Positions 49,256-57,660 of a stretch of DNA of 64,000 nt are shown one piece after another (the first letter of the stretch is position 1; the number at the start of each line of letters is the position of its first letter). A model generated the notes under the pieces. That model had not been told where the DNA came from and searched no databases. It saw only the letters and a program-made list of their open reading frames with translations. Where the stretch lies: the IMG/VR virus record IMGVR_UViG_3300028832_000122, positions 17,577 to 81,576 of that record; one strand, written 5' to 3'. A program made the translations under genes and the position numbers. The stretch is from a virus. Its lineage: Duplodnaviria > Caudoviricetes.

Positions 49256-49861
49256 TGAACCAGCCATAATCAACCAAGACCAACGCTGACGCAACTTGCC
49301 TTTCCCTGCCTGCCATAACTCGACATACACGGCCTCAACTTGAACCACCTAAGCGCAACTTACCTAGCCTGCCTAACCCCACAAAAACGCGCCAAACCTC
49401 ACCGCACAACAACTTACCCCACATTGCCTGCCATGCACTGCCTTGCCGACGCCGCGCCCCGACTCGCCATTCATTACCTCACCGTACGGAACCTTGCATC
49501 ACCTTGCCTGCCACGCCATACGTTACCGTTCCTTGCCGTGCCGTAGCATGCCGTGCCATACCGTACCCAACAACACCTCGCCTGCCTTACCGAATCCAAA
49601 CTAACCGAGCCAATCCAAACCCTGCGCTACCGGACAATACAACAACGCACCATGCCTGCCACGCCATGCCTGTCCACACAGTACCGCACAGTACCGAGAC
49701 TCAACTTGCCTGCCATACCTTAACAAACCAAGCACGGCCATAACAAACCATACCTAGACTCGCCTGCAGCAACCATACCTTGCCTGCGTTGCCGTACCGT
49801 AACGAGACACACCCTGCACAAACTAACCCAACAATACCATCCATGCCCACCCATGCCTGCC
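49256..49861 (-). ncRNA. Array of nine units, each GGCA + (GGY-NN)10-15; putative guide-RNA array
   Basis: Hand-parsed strict 5-nt periodicity; GGCAGGC anchors start at 49861, 49788 (variant), 49714, 49660, 49586, 49512, 49432, 49373 and 49314; unit lengths 73, 74, 54, 74, 74, 80, 59, 59, 59. Confidence 0.85.
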
Positions 49862-49865
49862 TTTA

Positions 49866-50591
49866 TCAGACGCCTTCCACATGGAACATGCCGTACTGAC
49901 CGTCACGCTCTGGACGCCACTCGCCGATTCCGCAGATATATCCGCCTGCGTTCAGCATCGTCAGGATCTGGTCAATGCTCTTGTCGCCGTTCTCGTTGAA
50001 GGAAAGGGTGAACTCTGCGGACCAGTTATCAAACTCGCCACGGTAGCGGATATCAGCACTGCCCATTCCGACCTTCACCATGTCGCGGCGCATCGTCAGC
50101 CGTTCATACTGAATCTCAATCATGGGTTCCGGATGGAACACGTTCGGGATAATGTCGATCTGCTTCTGATCGTCGGAGATTTCGAGGTCGCCTGCATAGT
50201 ATCCGTTCACATCCGGCTCGATGAAGAACGCACCGCGCAGGCTCATCTTGTCCTTGCTCCATCCCATGCGGAACGCAGCCGAGATAGCCGCCTGCTTCAG
50301 TCCTGTCAGCGGGAATCCGAACCGTGCGCCGTTGGCAATCGCCTTGTCCAGGGATTCCTTCGTGATCTCATCCGGCATCTTGTCGAGCCAGTACATGCTG
50401 GACGCAAAGTCCTCGTACGGATTCTTCTTCATCTTGCCGACCTTTTTAATCCCCATCTCCTTCTCGAGGATCTCACGCTGGGCCTTCACATCCCAGCAGT
50501 GTGTAATCAGCGGGGAATCGCCGACGATGCGTACCTTGACCAGCTTCTTCTTAATCGGTTCAATCTTGATAATCTCTTTCGCCTGTGCCAT
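49866..50591 (-). CDS. Cas7/RAMP-like RNA-binding protein
   Basis: N-terminal strand 'VKVRIVGDSPLI', helix motif 'GFPLTGLKQAAISAA', 'RYRGEF..W...FTL', C-terminal Gly loop 'GGYICGIGEWRPERDGQYGMFHV'. Confidence 0.7.
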   Translation of the reverse strand: MAQAKEIIKIEPIKKKLVKVRIVGDSPLITHCWDVKAQREILEKEMGIKKVGKMKKNPYEDFASSMYWLDKMPDEITKESLDKAIANGARFGFPLTGLKQAAISAAFRMGWSKDKMSLRGAFFIEPDVNGYYAGDLEISDDQKQIDIIPNVFHPEPMIEIQYERLTMRRDMVKVGMGSADIRYRGEFDNWSAEFTLSFNENGDKSIDQILTMLNAGGYICGIGEWRPERDGQYGMFHVEGV

Positions 50592-50721
50592 AATCATTCT
50601 CACTTTCTCTGCATATGCAGCCTTGATTTTTTTATTCGTTGTGCTTTACAATCTGATTGAATAAGTTTTCCTTTGGAACTGTTGACTGTTTGCGGCGGTC
50701 AGCAGTTTTTATTTACGGCAA

Positions 50722-50958
50722 TCAATCGCATCCACTTCCTTTCCACACAATCATCGGCGTCATGCCCTTTGCCCATGCAATGAATCCTTCGCGGGGAATG
50801 CAGTAACTGTGCCCCGCCTTGCAGATCGGAAAGCCGAGATACTTCGGCTTGCGTTCCGCCTGGTCACGGATCGTCTGTGGATCCTTTCCGAGGAACTCCG
50901 CAACTGTCTTCACGGTCAGCGTGTTGCATGTCATCTCTTCAATGTCTTTCAGTGTCAC
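50722..50958 (-). CDS. Excisionase-like HTH DNA-binding protein
   Basis: 'LTVKTVAEFLGKDPQTIR...GFP....G....IPREGFIAW'. Confidence 0.65.
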   Translation of the reverse strand: MTLKDIEEMTCNTLTVKTVAEFLGKDPQTIRDQAERKPKYLGFPICKAGHSYCIPREGFIAWAKGMTPMIVWKGSGCD

Positions 50959-51320
50959 GACCAGTCACCTTCCGGTGTCATGTATCCGCCATTCCGCCTG
51001 TACATGTCTGCAATTTCTTCCACTTCAAACGTGTGCGGTTTCGGCTGAACTGGATGATGCTTTTCATACTCGGCATAGAGCATCTTCACCCTGCGTTCTT
51101 CGGAAAGGATCGGAGCGTGCATGACAATGTAGGTCGTGCTTTCCTCGAACGTCTGCGTATGCTCCCCGATAAGGAAGTAAATCCCGTCAAGGATGTCACC
51201 CCAGATATCGAACCACGGCTGGTCATCCACGCCGATCTCAAGGTACTTTTCCTGCATTGCCTTTGTCTTCATTCCCGCACGTACCATCCGCAATAATGCG
51301 TCTTTGATTTCCTTCATCTT
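50955..51320 (-). CDS. Hypothetical protein
   Basis: In the early leftward operon after cro; approximate start at MKEIKD. Confidence 0.55.
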   Translation of the reverse strand, partial: KMKEIKDALLRMVRAGMKTKAMQEKYLEIGVDDQPWFDIWGDILDGIYFLIGEHTQTFEESTTYIVMHAPILSEERRVKMLYAEYEKHHPVQPKPHTFEVEEIADMYRRNGGYMTPEGDWS

Positions 51321-51328
51321 TACTCTCC

Positions 51329-51574
51329 TTATTCTGCGTCCCAATACTGTTTGTACTTATCATCTGTACAAAAAATAGACCCCACAGAAACGCCGTAATA
51401 ATCGGCAAGTTTCTGCATGTTCCTGCCGGACGGTTTGCGTTGCCCTTCCTCGTACGCCTGAAGCGTACTGTATGGGATGCCGGTTTCTTTTGAAACACCC
51501 GTCCTCGTACGGATTCCGCGCAGCGTCCGCAATCGCTTCCCTGCTTCCGCCGTATCGAATTGTCTGTTTTCCAA
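51329..51574 (-). CDS. Cro-like HTH repressor
   Basis: 'LRTLRGIRTRTGVSKETGIPYSTLQAYEEGQRKPS'; divergent from cI. Confidence 0.85.
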   Translation of the reverse strand: MENRQFDTAEAGKRLRTLRGIRTRTGVSKETGIPYSTLQAYEEGQRKPSGRNMQKLADYYGVSVGSIFCTDDKYKQYWDAE

Positions 51575-51743
51575 GGAATCACCTCCTTCTCAATTTCACT
51601 GTGCTTATATTATACTACAGATTTTCCGAAATGGAATACTTAAAGTCTTAACATTCTGTTACAAAAGTGTTGTAATTTACTACACTTTATGGTATCATTA
51701 GGCGCAGGACGAATAGAAATATCAAATATAAGGAGGATAAATC

Positions 51744-52109
51744 ATGTCAACATTCGGGGAAAACCTTCGCAACCTACGAAAGTCAAGAGGATACTCGCAG
51801 GACAAATTTGCGCAGGTCATCGGATCAAACCAGGCGAACGTCACCGCATGGGAACGCGGCACTCGGATGCCAGGGATTCCGACAATCAAACATATCGCAG
51901 ACATATTCAAGGTTCCCGTTTCATCTTTGATTGCACTTGAGGATTCCGGCATGAAAGACGATTACGCACACGAGGTTGCGGACATGCTCCATCAGAATCC
52001 AAAGTTCTGTATGCTTTTCGACCGTGCAAAGTACCTCTCTCAGTCTGACATTGACGCCGTCCTTTCCGTTGTGGACGCAATCACAAGGGAGCGCGTATCG
52101 GATGAATGA
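51744..52109 (+). CDS. CI-like XRE repressor
   Basis: 'LRNLRKSRGYSQDKFAQVIG......TAWERGTRMP'. Confidence 0.9.
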   Translation: MSTFGENLRNLRKSRGYSQDKFAQVIGSNQANVTAWERGTRMPGIPTIKHIADIFKVPVSSLIALEDSGMKDDYAHEVADMLHQNPKFCMLFDRAKYLSQSDIDAVLSVVDAITRERVSDE

Positions 52110-52308
52110 TGTTCACGTTATCCTTATGGATCTTCCTGTACGCATCCATGGTTTTGTCTGCCTTGGTTCTGATTATAACCCATGCATTGTTATTAATTCA
52201 AGGCTCACTTTTGAGCAACAGCAGAAAACTTTCCGACATGAGATGGACCATATCCTCTCAGGTCAGATGGATGATGAAAATTATTTTGAGTATGGAGACC
52301 CCGCATGA
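52102..52308 (+). CDS. ImmA/IrrE-like metallopeptidase (anti-repressor), short
   Basis: 'IVINSRL......TFRHEMDH' (HExxH) located between repressor and integrase. Confidence 0.75.
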   Translation: MNDVHVILMDLPVRIHGFVCLGSDYNPCIVINSRLTFEQQQKTFRHEMDHILSGQMDDENYFEYGDPA

Positions 52309-53369
52309 GAAAGACAAAAACACGCGGCAACGGGCAGGGCTGTGCGTACCGCCGGAGAAAAAAGGACGGCACGCTTTATCCGACATGGACGGCATCTGTC
52401 ACCATCGACTGGCGCTATCCGAAGGATCCTTCCAAACCGCGTATCCCGATCAAGCGCACAAAGGCAGGCTTCGCAACCAAAAAGGAAGCACTTGCCTATT
52501 GCCCTGTTCTCCTTGCCGGGAACTACGCAAAGCCGAAGCAGGCCCCGCGCCTGTCAGATTACTGGCGGACGTATTCCGAAAACGGCCTGACAAAGATCGG
52601 AAAGTCGAAACAAAGCGCCTACAAGACTGCATGGAACAAACTCAAACCAATCCACGACGCCCGCATCAACACCCTTACGCTGGACATATTGCAGGAAACC
52701 GTCGTCACCGTCGCAACCACTCATTACACCCAGAAGGACTGCCGGACGGTTCTGACAAAACTCTTTGAGCGAGGGTATGCTGACGGATACTGCCAAAGAG
52801 ATCTGCCTTCGCTGATAGAGATCGATTCGCTTGAGGAAAAGGAACAAACCCCGTTCAACAAAGAGGAACAAAAAGCACTCTGGCATGCGTATGAAAACGG
52901 CAACCTTGACGCTGGCATTCCGCTGCTCATGATATACACCGGCATGATGCCGGGGGAAGCGCAGCTCCTGAAGGTCGAACACATTGACCTGAAAAACAAA
53001 ACCATGTTCGGTATGAACCTGAAAACAAAAGTCCGCAAAAAGACACCGGTTGTCATTGCAGACTGCCTTCTCCCTGTCGTCGAGGATCTGATCTCCAGCG
53101 CACAGAAGTCAGGATTCATCTGGGCACGGAATGAAACAAGATGGTATGAAAGATACTATGCGGTTCTGAGCGCTTCCGGATGCCGTAAATTAACCCCGTA
53201 TTCCTGTCGGCACACGACGGCCACCGCCCTGGCTGTAGATGCAAAGATCGCGCCACAGACCATCAAGCGGGTCATGCGCTGGTCCACCTCAAAGATGCTT
53301 GACAAATACGCCCATCCGCAGATGAATGACGCTTTGGAAGCCGTCAACAAAATCAAGAAAAAAGGATAG
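52305..53369 (+). CDS. int: Tyrosine integrase
   Basis: Arm-binding N-terminus, 'YTGMMPGE', 'TPYSCRHTTAT', 'MRW......KYAH'; attP-like site directly downstream. Confidence 0.9.
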   Translation: MRKTKTRGNGQGCAYRRRKKDGTLYPTWTASVTIDWRYPKDPSKPRIPIKRTKAGFATKKEALAYCPVLLAGNYAKPKQAPRLSDYWRTYSENGLTKIGKSKQSAYKTAWNKLKPIHDARINTLTLDILQETVVTVATTHYTQKDCRTVLTKLFERGYADGYCQRDLPSLIEIDSLEEKEQTPFNKEEQKALWHAYENGNLDAGIPLLMIYTGMMPGEAQLLKVEHIDLKNKTMFGMNLKTKVRKKTPVVIADCLLPVVEDLISSAQKSGFIWARNETRWYERYYAVLSASGCRKLTPYSCRHTTATALAVDAKIAPQTIKRVMRWSTSKMLDKYAHPQMNDALEAVNKIKKKG

Positions 53370-53434
53370 CCTGTATTACCGACGCACAACCGACACTGAA
53401 CCGTACACCCCTTGATTTTACTGCATTGATGCAA

Positions 53435-53494
53435 CCCCTGCTAAGGGAGTAGTGTCAGTGATGGCAGCCCGGGTTCAAATCCCGGCTTCTCCGC
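53435..53494 (+). other. attP core: 3' half of a tRNA-Ser(GCT)
   Basis: ccctGCTaagggagtag (anticodon arm), variable arm tgtcagtgatggca, T arm cccgggttcaaatcccgg, acceptor 3' strand cttctccgc; no 5' half present. Confidence 0.85.
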
Positions 53495-53495
53495 T

Positions 53496-53530
53496 CAGAC
53501 CCGCAATCCATAAGCGATTGCGGGTTTTGT
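53496..53530 (+). terminator. Terminator hairpin after attP
   Basis: acccgcaatc-cataagc-gattgcgggt followed by TTT. Confidence 0.7.
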
Positions 53531-53663
53531 TATGCCGTAGTGCTTCCAATACAAATTGTCGTAAATTGCGAGAAGTGGCGATCTACTGCCGACACAACTA
53601 CCGACACGGCAGACTGATTCGCCGATGTGCTACTACCGACAATTACATATTGTATTGCTTTCA

Positions 53664-53692
53664 TTGACTATTGTAGTATCATCCGATATAAT
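53664..53692 (+). promoter_or_regulatory. SigA-type promoter for the GT moron
   Basis: TTGACT-17 nt-TATAAT; RBS gggagg precedes ATG 53723. Confidence 0.75.
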
Positions 53693-53722
53693 TGTCTTAT
53701 CAATAACGGGAGGAGAATATGA

Positions 53723-55429
53723 ATGCCTAAACTCGACCTCATTGTAACCCACTACAATGAACCTTGGGAAACAGGCGAAAAATTCTACGACATGCTATGC
53801 CTTCAGCGTGGCATAAATCACTCTGATGTCCGCATCATCATCGTCCAGGACGGCCCAGAAGGAACTCTGCCATGGGAAGATCACCTTGCGCCATACCCGT
53901 TTAAATTCAAAATAAAGACGATTCCGCACGGCGGAGTGTCAAGGGCAAGGAATACAGGACTGGAGATGTCGGACGCAGAATGGGTCATGTTTTGTGACTT
54001 TGACGATACATTCTCGTCAATCCATTCCCTGCGAAAATTCTTCGAGAACATGAACGATTGCTCCGACCTGGTTTTCTCGCACATCTGCGGTGAGGAAGGA
54101 AGCGGTCGCACGTACTGTCTTGAACTGTATCAGGACAACGACGTCTTTATTCACGGAAAGATCTTTCGCCGTGAGTTCCTTATGCAGAATGAACTCCGAT
54201 TTGAGCCGGACATAACCTTTTCCGAGGACACACTGTTCTGCAAGGTTGTCGATGTTGTAATCAACAAAGCAAGGAAGCGTGAGATCCCGGAAGTTCTTTA
54301 CACCCGTTGCTGGTACGCTGGAAGTGTGTGCAGGGATTACGACCACAATTTCTCCAACGCCATCGGGATCTTCCGTGGGCGCAAGGCACTTGTCCGTGAG
54401 TATTACAAGCACGGATGCCTCAAAAACTATGCAGGAACAATCGTCAAGACCGTCTTCGATTACTACTATGCCATCACAAGTGGTGGATATCCGGAACCGG
54501 AATGGTTCATGGAAGACTTCTGGCAGTTCTGGCAGGAATACCATAATGAATTCTACTCTGCTGACCGTGAACTTGTTATGTACGAGCATGACCTTTCCTT
54601 CCATGAGGCCGTACACAAAGGGTTTGTTTCCATTCCATCCATCTCCTTCTGGGATTGGATTGATGAAATGGAAAAGCAATTCGGCGACAAGGAACATCCG
54701 AACACAAACACCCGCTACCCACGCATCGCCGTCTATCACGGTACCCGCAATGTGTATGCTGATATGTACACTGCACTGAAATCGCTTGTAATGCACTCCA
54801 ATGTCGAGAAGGTTTATCTGCTGATTGAAGACGACGAGTTCCCGTTTGAACTGCCTGAGTGTGCGGAAACAATCAATGTATCGGATCAGCAGTACATCCT
54901 GCCGGACAGTCCGAATTACAACTGTTGCTGGACATGGATGGTTATGCTACGTGCTGCCTTCCCGAAGATTTTCCCGCAGCATGATGTTGTTCTTTCCCTT
55001 GACATCGACACCATCGTCACAAAGAACATTGACGATATATGGGACACAGACCTAACCGACGCATATTACGCCGGTGTGCGTGAAACAAGTTCGTCTGACC
55101 TGCACCGCATGACATACACAAACATGGGCGTATGCCTAATGAACCTGAAGAAACTCCGGGAAGACGGAATAGACAGCAGGATCCTCACTGAACTGAACAC
55201 CGTCTTCTATCCGTACACGGAGCAGGATGTCTTCAATAAGCTTTGCCAGGGTCACATCTCCATGCTCCCGTGTGAGTACAATGTCTGTGACCATACGGCG
55301 TATAACGGTCATGAAAAAATCCGGCATCTCGCCGGATACAAGGAAAAGGATTCACGGCTCATTGACAGGTATAAACTTGAACGCTGGCCTGCCAATGTGC
55401 GGATGAAAAATAAAAAGGAGGAATCGTAA
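53723..55429 (+). CDS. GT2-GT8 fusion glycosyltransferase
   Basis: N-terminal 'GGVSRARNTGL...WVMFCDFDD'; C-terminal 'LSLDIDTIV', 'NMGVCLMNL', 'EQDVFN', 'IRHLAG'. Confidence 0.9.
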   Translation: MPKLDLIVTHYNEPWETGEKFYDMLCLQRGINHSDVRIIIVQDGPEGTLPWEDHLAPYPFKFKIKTIPHGGVSRARNTGLEMSDAEWVMFCDFDDTFSSIHSLRKFFENMNDCSDLVFSHICGEEGSGRTYCLELYQDNDVFIHGKIFRREFLMQNELRFEPDITFSEDTLFCKVVDVVINKARKREIPEVLYTRCWYAGSVCRDYDHNFSNAIGIFRGRKALVREYYKHGCLKNYAGTIVKTVFDYYYAITSGGYPEPEWFMEDFWQFWQEYHNEFYSADRELVMYEHDLSFHEAVHKGFVSIPSISFWDWIDEMEKQFGDKEHPNTNTRYPRIAVYHGTRNVYADMYTALKSLVMHSNVEKVYLLIEDDEFPFELPECAETINVSDQQYILPDSPNYNCCWTWMVMLRAAFPKIFPQHDVVLSLDIDTIVTKNIDDIWDTDLTDAYYAGVRETSSSDLHRMTYTNMGVCLMNLKKLREDGIDSRILTELNTVFYPYTEQDVFNKLCQGHISMLPCEYNVCDHTAYNGHEKIRHLAGYKEKDSRLIDRYKLERWPANVRMKNKKEES

Positions 55430-55621
55430 ATGCCTGAACGTATCCAGCTTGTCATCGACACACTCCAGGACCTCGACATCAAATCCACCTACGACAACAT
55501 GAGGAAGATCCTCGGATGCATCAATGAACTGATTGACATCAAGCGCAGTATTCCTGTCAACGAAGAGGCTGAACCGCGGATCGAGATAGTAGAAGACAAA
55601 GAAAACGGGACTGCGGAATAA
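55430..55621 (+). CDS. Hypothetical protein
   Basis: Directly follows the GT gene with RBS aaggagg. Confidence 0.55.
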   Translation: MPERIQLVIDTLQDLDIKSTYDNMRKILGCINELIDIKRSIPVNEEAEPRIEIVEDKENGTAE

Positions 55622-55637
55622 CCGCAGTCCCTTGATT

Positions 55638-55958
55638 TTATCTCCAGCCACCGTAATCGTAGCTGGGATACCGGTCGTACATCGGCGGGTAATGACCGGA
55701 ATAACCGTCCATATCCCTGCTGACATACCGACCCATGCTGTCCCTGCCACGCCGGTAGGAACGACCGGATGCGTCCTTATCTTCCCATTCGGCGTCCTTC
55801 ATGGCGTAGTAGGTCTCAGCACTCTTCAGTGCGTGGTACAGAACGTCAGCCCGTTCCACGTCCTGAACTGACATTTCCGGAACGTCTCCGTCGTACTTTT
55901 TGTCCAGCTTTTCCAGCTCCCTGCACATTGCCTTTTCCAGATTCTCGTAGTGTTTCAT
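55638..55958 (-). CDS. Hypothetical protein
   Basis: 'RRGRDSMGRYVSRD' motif; last gene of the minus-strand block. Confidence 0.7.
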   Translation of the reverse strand: MKHYENLEKAMCRELEKLDKKYDGDVPEMSVQDVERADVLYHALKSAETYYAMKDAEWEDKDASGRSYRRGRDSMGRYVSRDMDGYSGHYPPMYDRYPSYDYGGWR

Positions 55959-55972
55959 CGTTTTCTCCTTTC

Positions 55973-56425
55973 TCAGGCAATCCTGGATACGGTCATGTTT
56001 GCGTTCTGGACATTAATCTCTGGCGCAACACCGTCCACAATTGCTGAAGTATTCTCAACGGCGACAGTAAAGCAACATCCACGCGGCACAGTAATAATTG
56101 CCGTGCTTGTGACGTTGAAATACTCGTCAACCGCAGCAGGAGTCACAATGGCCCTGCTTGTTTGCACAGGTTCACCGTCAATGGCAAGCGAAACGCTGAT
56201 CGGCGCAACAACCGTTGCGTCCTCAGGCAACGCAATATTGCCATTAAACGTCACCTGATACCTGGCAAAACAGTTGTTGGTGATTCCCCGGAGAATTAGA
56301 ATCCCGCTCTGATCCCTGTGAAAAACATACCCTTTGTTACACGGAATAACCGTGTCAAGAATAATGTTCTGATTCGGCTCAACGAGCTGGATAGGGTTAA
56401 ACGCAAATTCAGCCACAGTTATCAC
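55973..56425 (-). CDS. Beta-sandwich (C1q/BclA-C-like) hypothetical protein
   Basis: Alternating beta pattern, 'YQVTFNGNI', 'VPRGCC..VAVEN'. Fold is inferred. Confidence 0.6.
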   Translation of the reverse strand: MITVAEFAFNPIQLVEPNQNIILDTVIPCNKGYVFHRDQSGILILRGITNNCFARYQVTFNGNIALPEDATVVAPISVSLAIDGEPVQTSRAIVTPAAVDEYFNVTSTAIITVPRGCCFTVAVENTSAIVDGVAPEINVQNANMTVSRIA

Positions 56426-56428
56426 CCC

Positions 56429-57238
56429 TTACGCCACGAACGCGCCGTTGCACTGTCCGCCGCATGTGAAGATGGGCGTCCTGCCGTACACGGGAGTGCT
56501 TGGCACAGGGCAATTGTTCAGACGGTTGTATAGAGCGTCGACTTCATCGCTGAATCCCTGCTGAATGAAAGCGTTCTGAGCCGTCTGGGATTCGCGCAGG
56601 GTCGCCATGTTCAGCTGAGTACGGAGCTGATCGTTCTCACGCTTATAGCCGTCCAGTTCAAGCTGGCACAGTTTGTCCATCACAGTCTGCACTGTGGCGG
56701 CATTAGCCACACGGGTATTCGCGCTTTCCGTTGCAATGGTGTACTTCAGATCGGCGATGTTGCCGGACGTAGTGTTAAACCCTCCGCTGATCGCGTTCTG
56801 AAGTGCAAAGTTCTGCTGCATGTCCGCCATCTGCCTGCCGTTCGCCGCGATCTCAGCGCCGTAAAAACCGTTATTCAGAGCAGCTGTAATTCCGTTTCCG
56901 GTCTGGCAAATGTTCTGATTGATTCCGGCGATCCCAAGCTGTACGTCACCGAAACCGCTTGTAACCGCGCTCTGGATCCCGGTCAGTCCGCTCATCACGG
57001 CAGCCTGATCAAACCCGCGCTGTACATCATTGTTGCTGTTCGCCTGTCCGGCCATCATCCACGGGAAAGCGCCGTTGCCCATGCCACCGAAACCGCCAAA
57101 GTTTCCGCCCCAGCCACACAGGACGATCAGGAGCAGGATAAAACCCCATCCACCGCCGAAACCGCCAAACATGTCACCGCCGCCATTGCCGCCATAATAC
57201 GGAGCAACAGGCATAACCATAGAATTGGAGTCTGTCAT
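56429..57238 (-). CDS. Gly-rich, TM + coiled-coil hypothetical protein
   Basis: GG(F/W)G repeats around a hydrophobic segment, followed by a Gln/Asn-rich heptad region. Confidence 0.75.
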   Translation of the reverse strand: MTDSNSMVMPVAPYYGGNGGGDMFGGFGGGWGFILLLIVLCGWGGNFGGFGGMGNGAFPWMMAGQANSNNDVQRGFDQAAVMSGLTGIQSAVTSGFGDVQLGIAGINQNICQTGNGITAALNNGFYGAEIAANGRQMADMQQNFALQNAISGGFNTTSGNIADLKYTIATESANTRVANAATVQTVMDKLCQLELDGYKRENDQLRTQLNMATLRESQTAQNAFIQQGFSDEVDALYNRLNNCPVPSTPVYGRTPIFTCGGQCNGAFVA

Positions 57239-57363
57239 TGTCTTTGATTCCTTTCGTTTTATTTATCCTTAATCGTCTATGCGCACTCGACGAAAAGAAT
57301 CAGTTTTGCATATCTGTACATATATGAAACCCATCGATTTCATATACATGTACTTGCATTAAA

Positions 57364-57660
57364 TTATCTTCCACACATCTGCCGGGCCATCTGCACCATC
57401 TGCGGGCTGACCATCCCGCTTTGCTGCAGCCAGTTCGCCAGCATGTCCGGATCGTTCCTTACCTCTTCCGGTGCGTTCGGGAAAAATTGCTGAATCATCT
57501 GCTGTGGATTTTGCAATGTCTGAGCTAGCTGGCTGGCACGTTGCATAACGCCCTGTAAGGCCCCAAACGGCCCGTTCGCCATCGGATGGGCAGATTGTCC
57601 TGCCATGCTGTTTGTCGGGGTAAAAGCGCCCATTATTGCTTGCATAGGATTCATGTTCAT
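57364..57660 (-). CDS. Gln/Met-rich hypothetical protein
   Basis: 'NDP...NWLQQSGMVS.Q' motif; ATGA coupling. Confidence 0.7.
   Translation of the reverse strand: MNMNPMQAIMGAFTPTNSMAGQSAHPMANGPFGALQGVMQRASQLAQTLQNPQQMIQQFFPNAPEEVRNDPDMLANWLQQSGMVSPQMVQMARQMCGR

Noticed and set aside
49340-49743. Plus-strand ORFs 49340-49546 and 49504-49743 over the array
   Set aside because: They are Pro/Thr/Leu/Cys-rich translations that follow from the 5-nt periodic repeat, have no RBS and run antisense to the operon.
49256-49861. Interpretation as a classical CRISPR array or simple microsatellite
   Set aside because: There is no constant 23-47 bp repeat with unique spacers, and variation is confined to two positions per pentamer rather than homogenised.
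49881-50660. 259-aa plus-strand ORF
   Set aside because: Antisense shadow of the RAMP-like gene.
53435-53494. Functional tRNA-Ser gene
   Set aside because: The 5' acceptor strand and D arm are missing, and there is no CCA; attP core explains it better.
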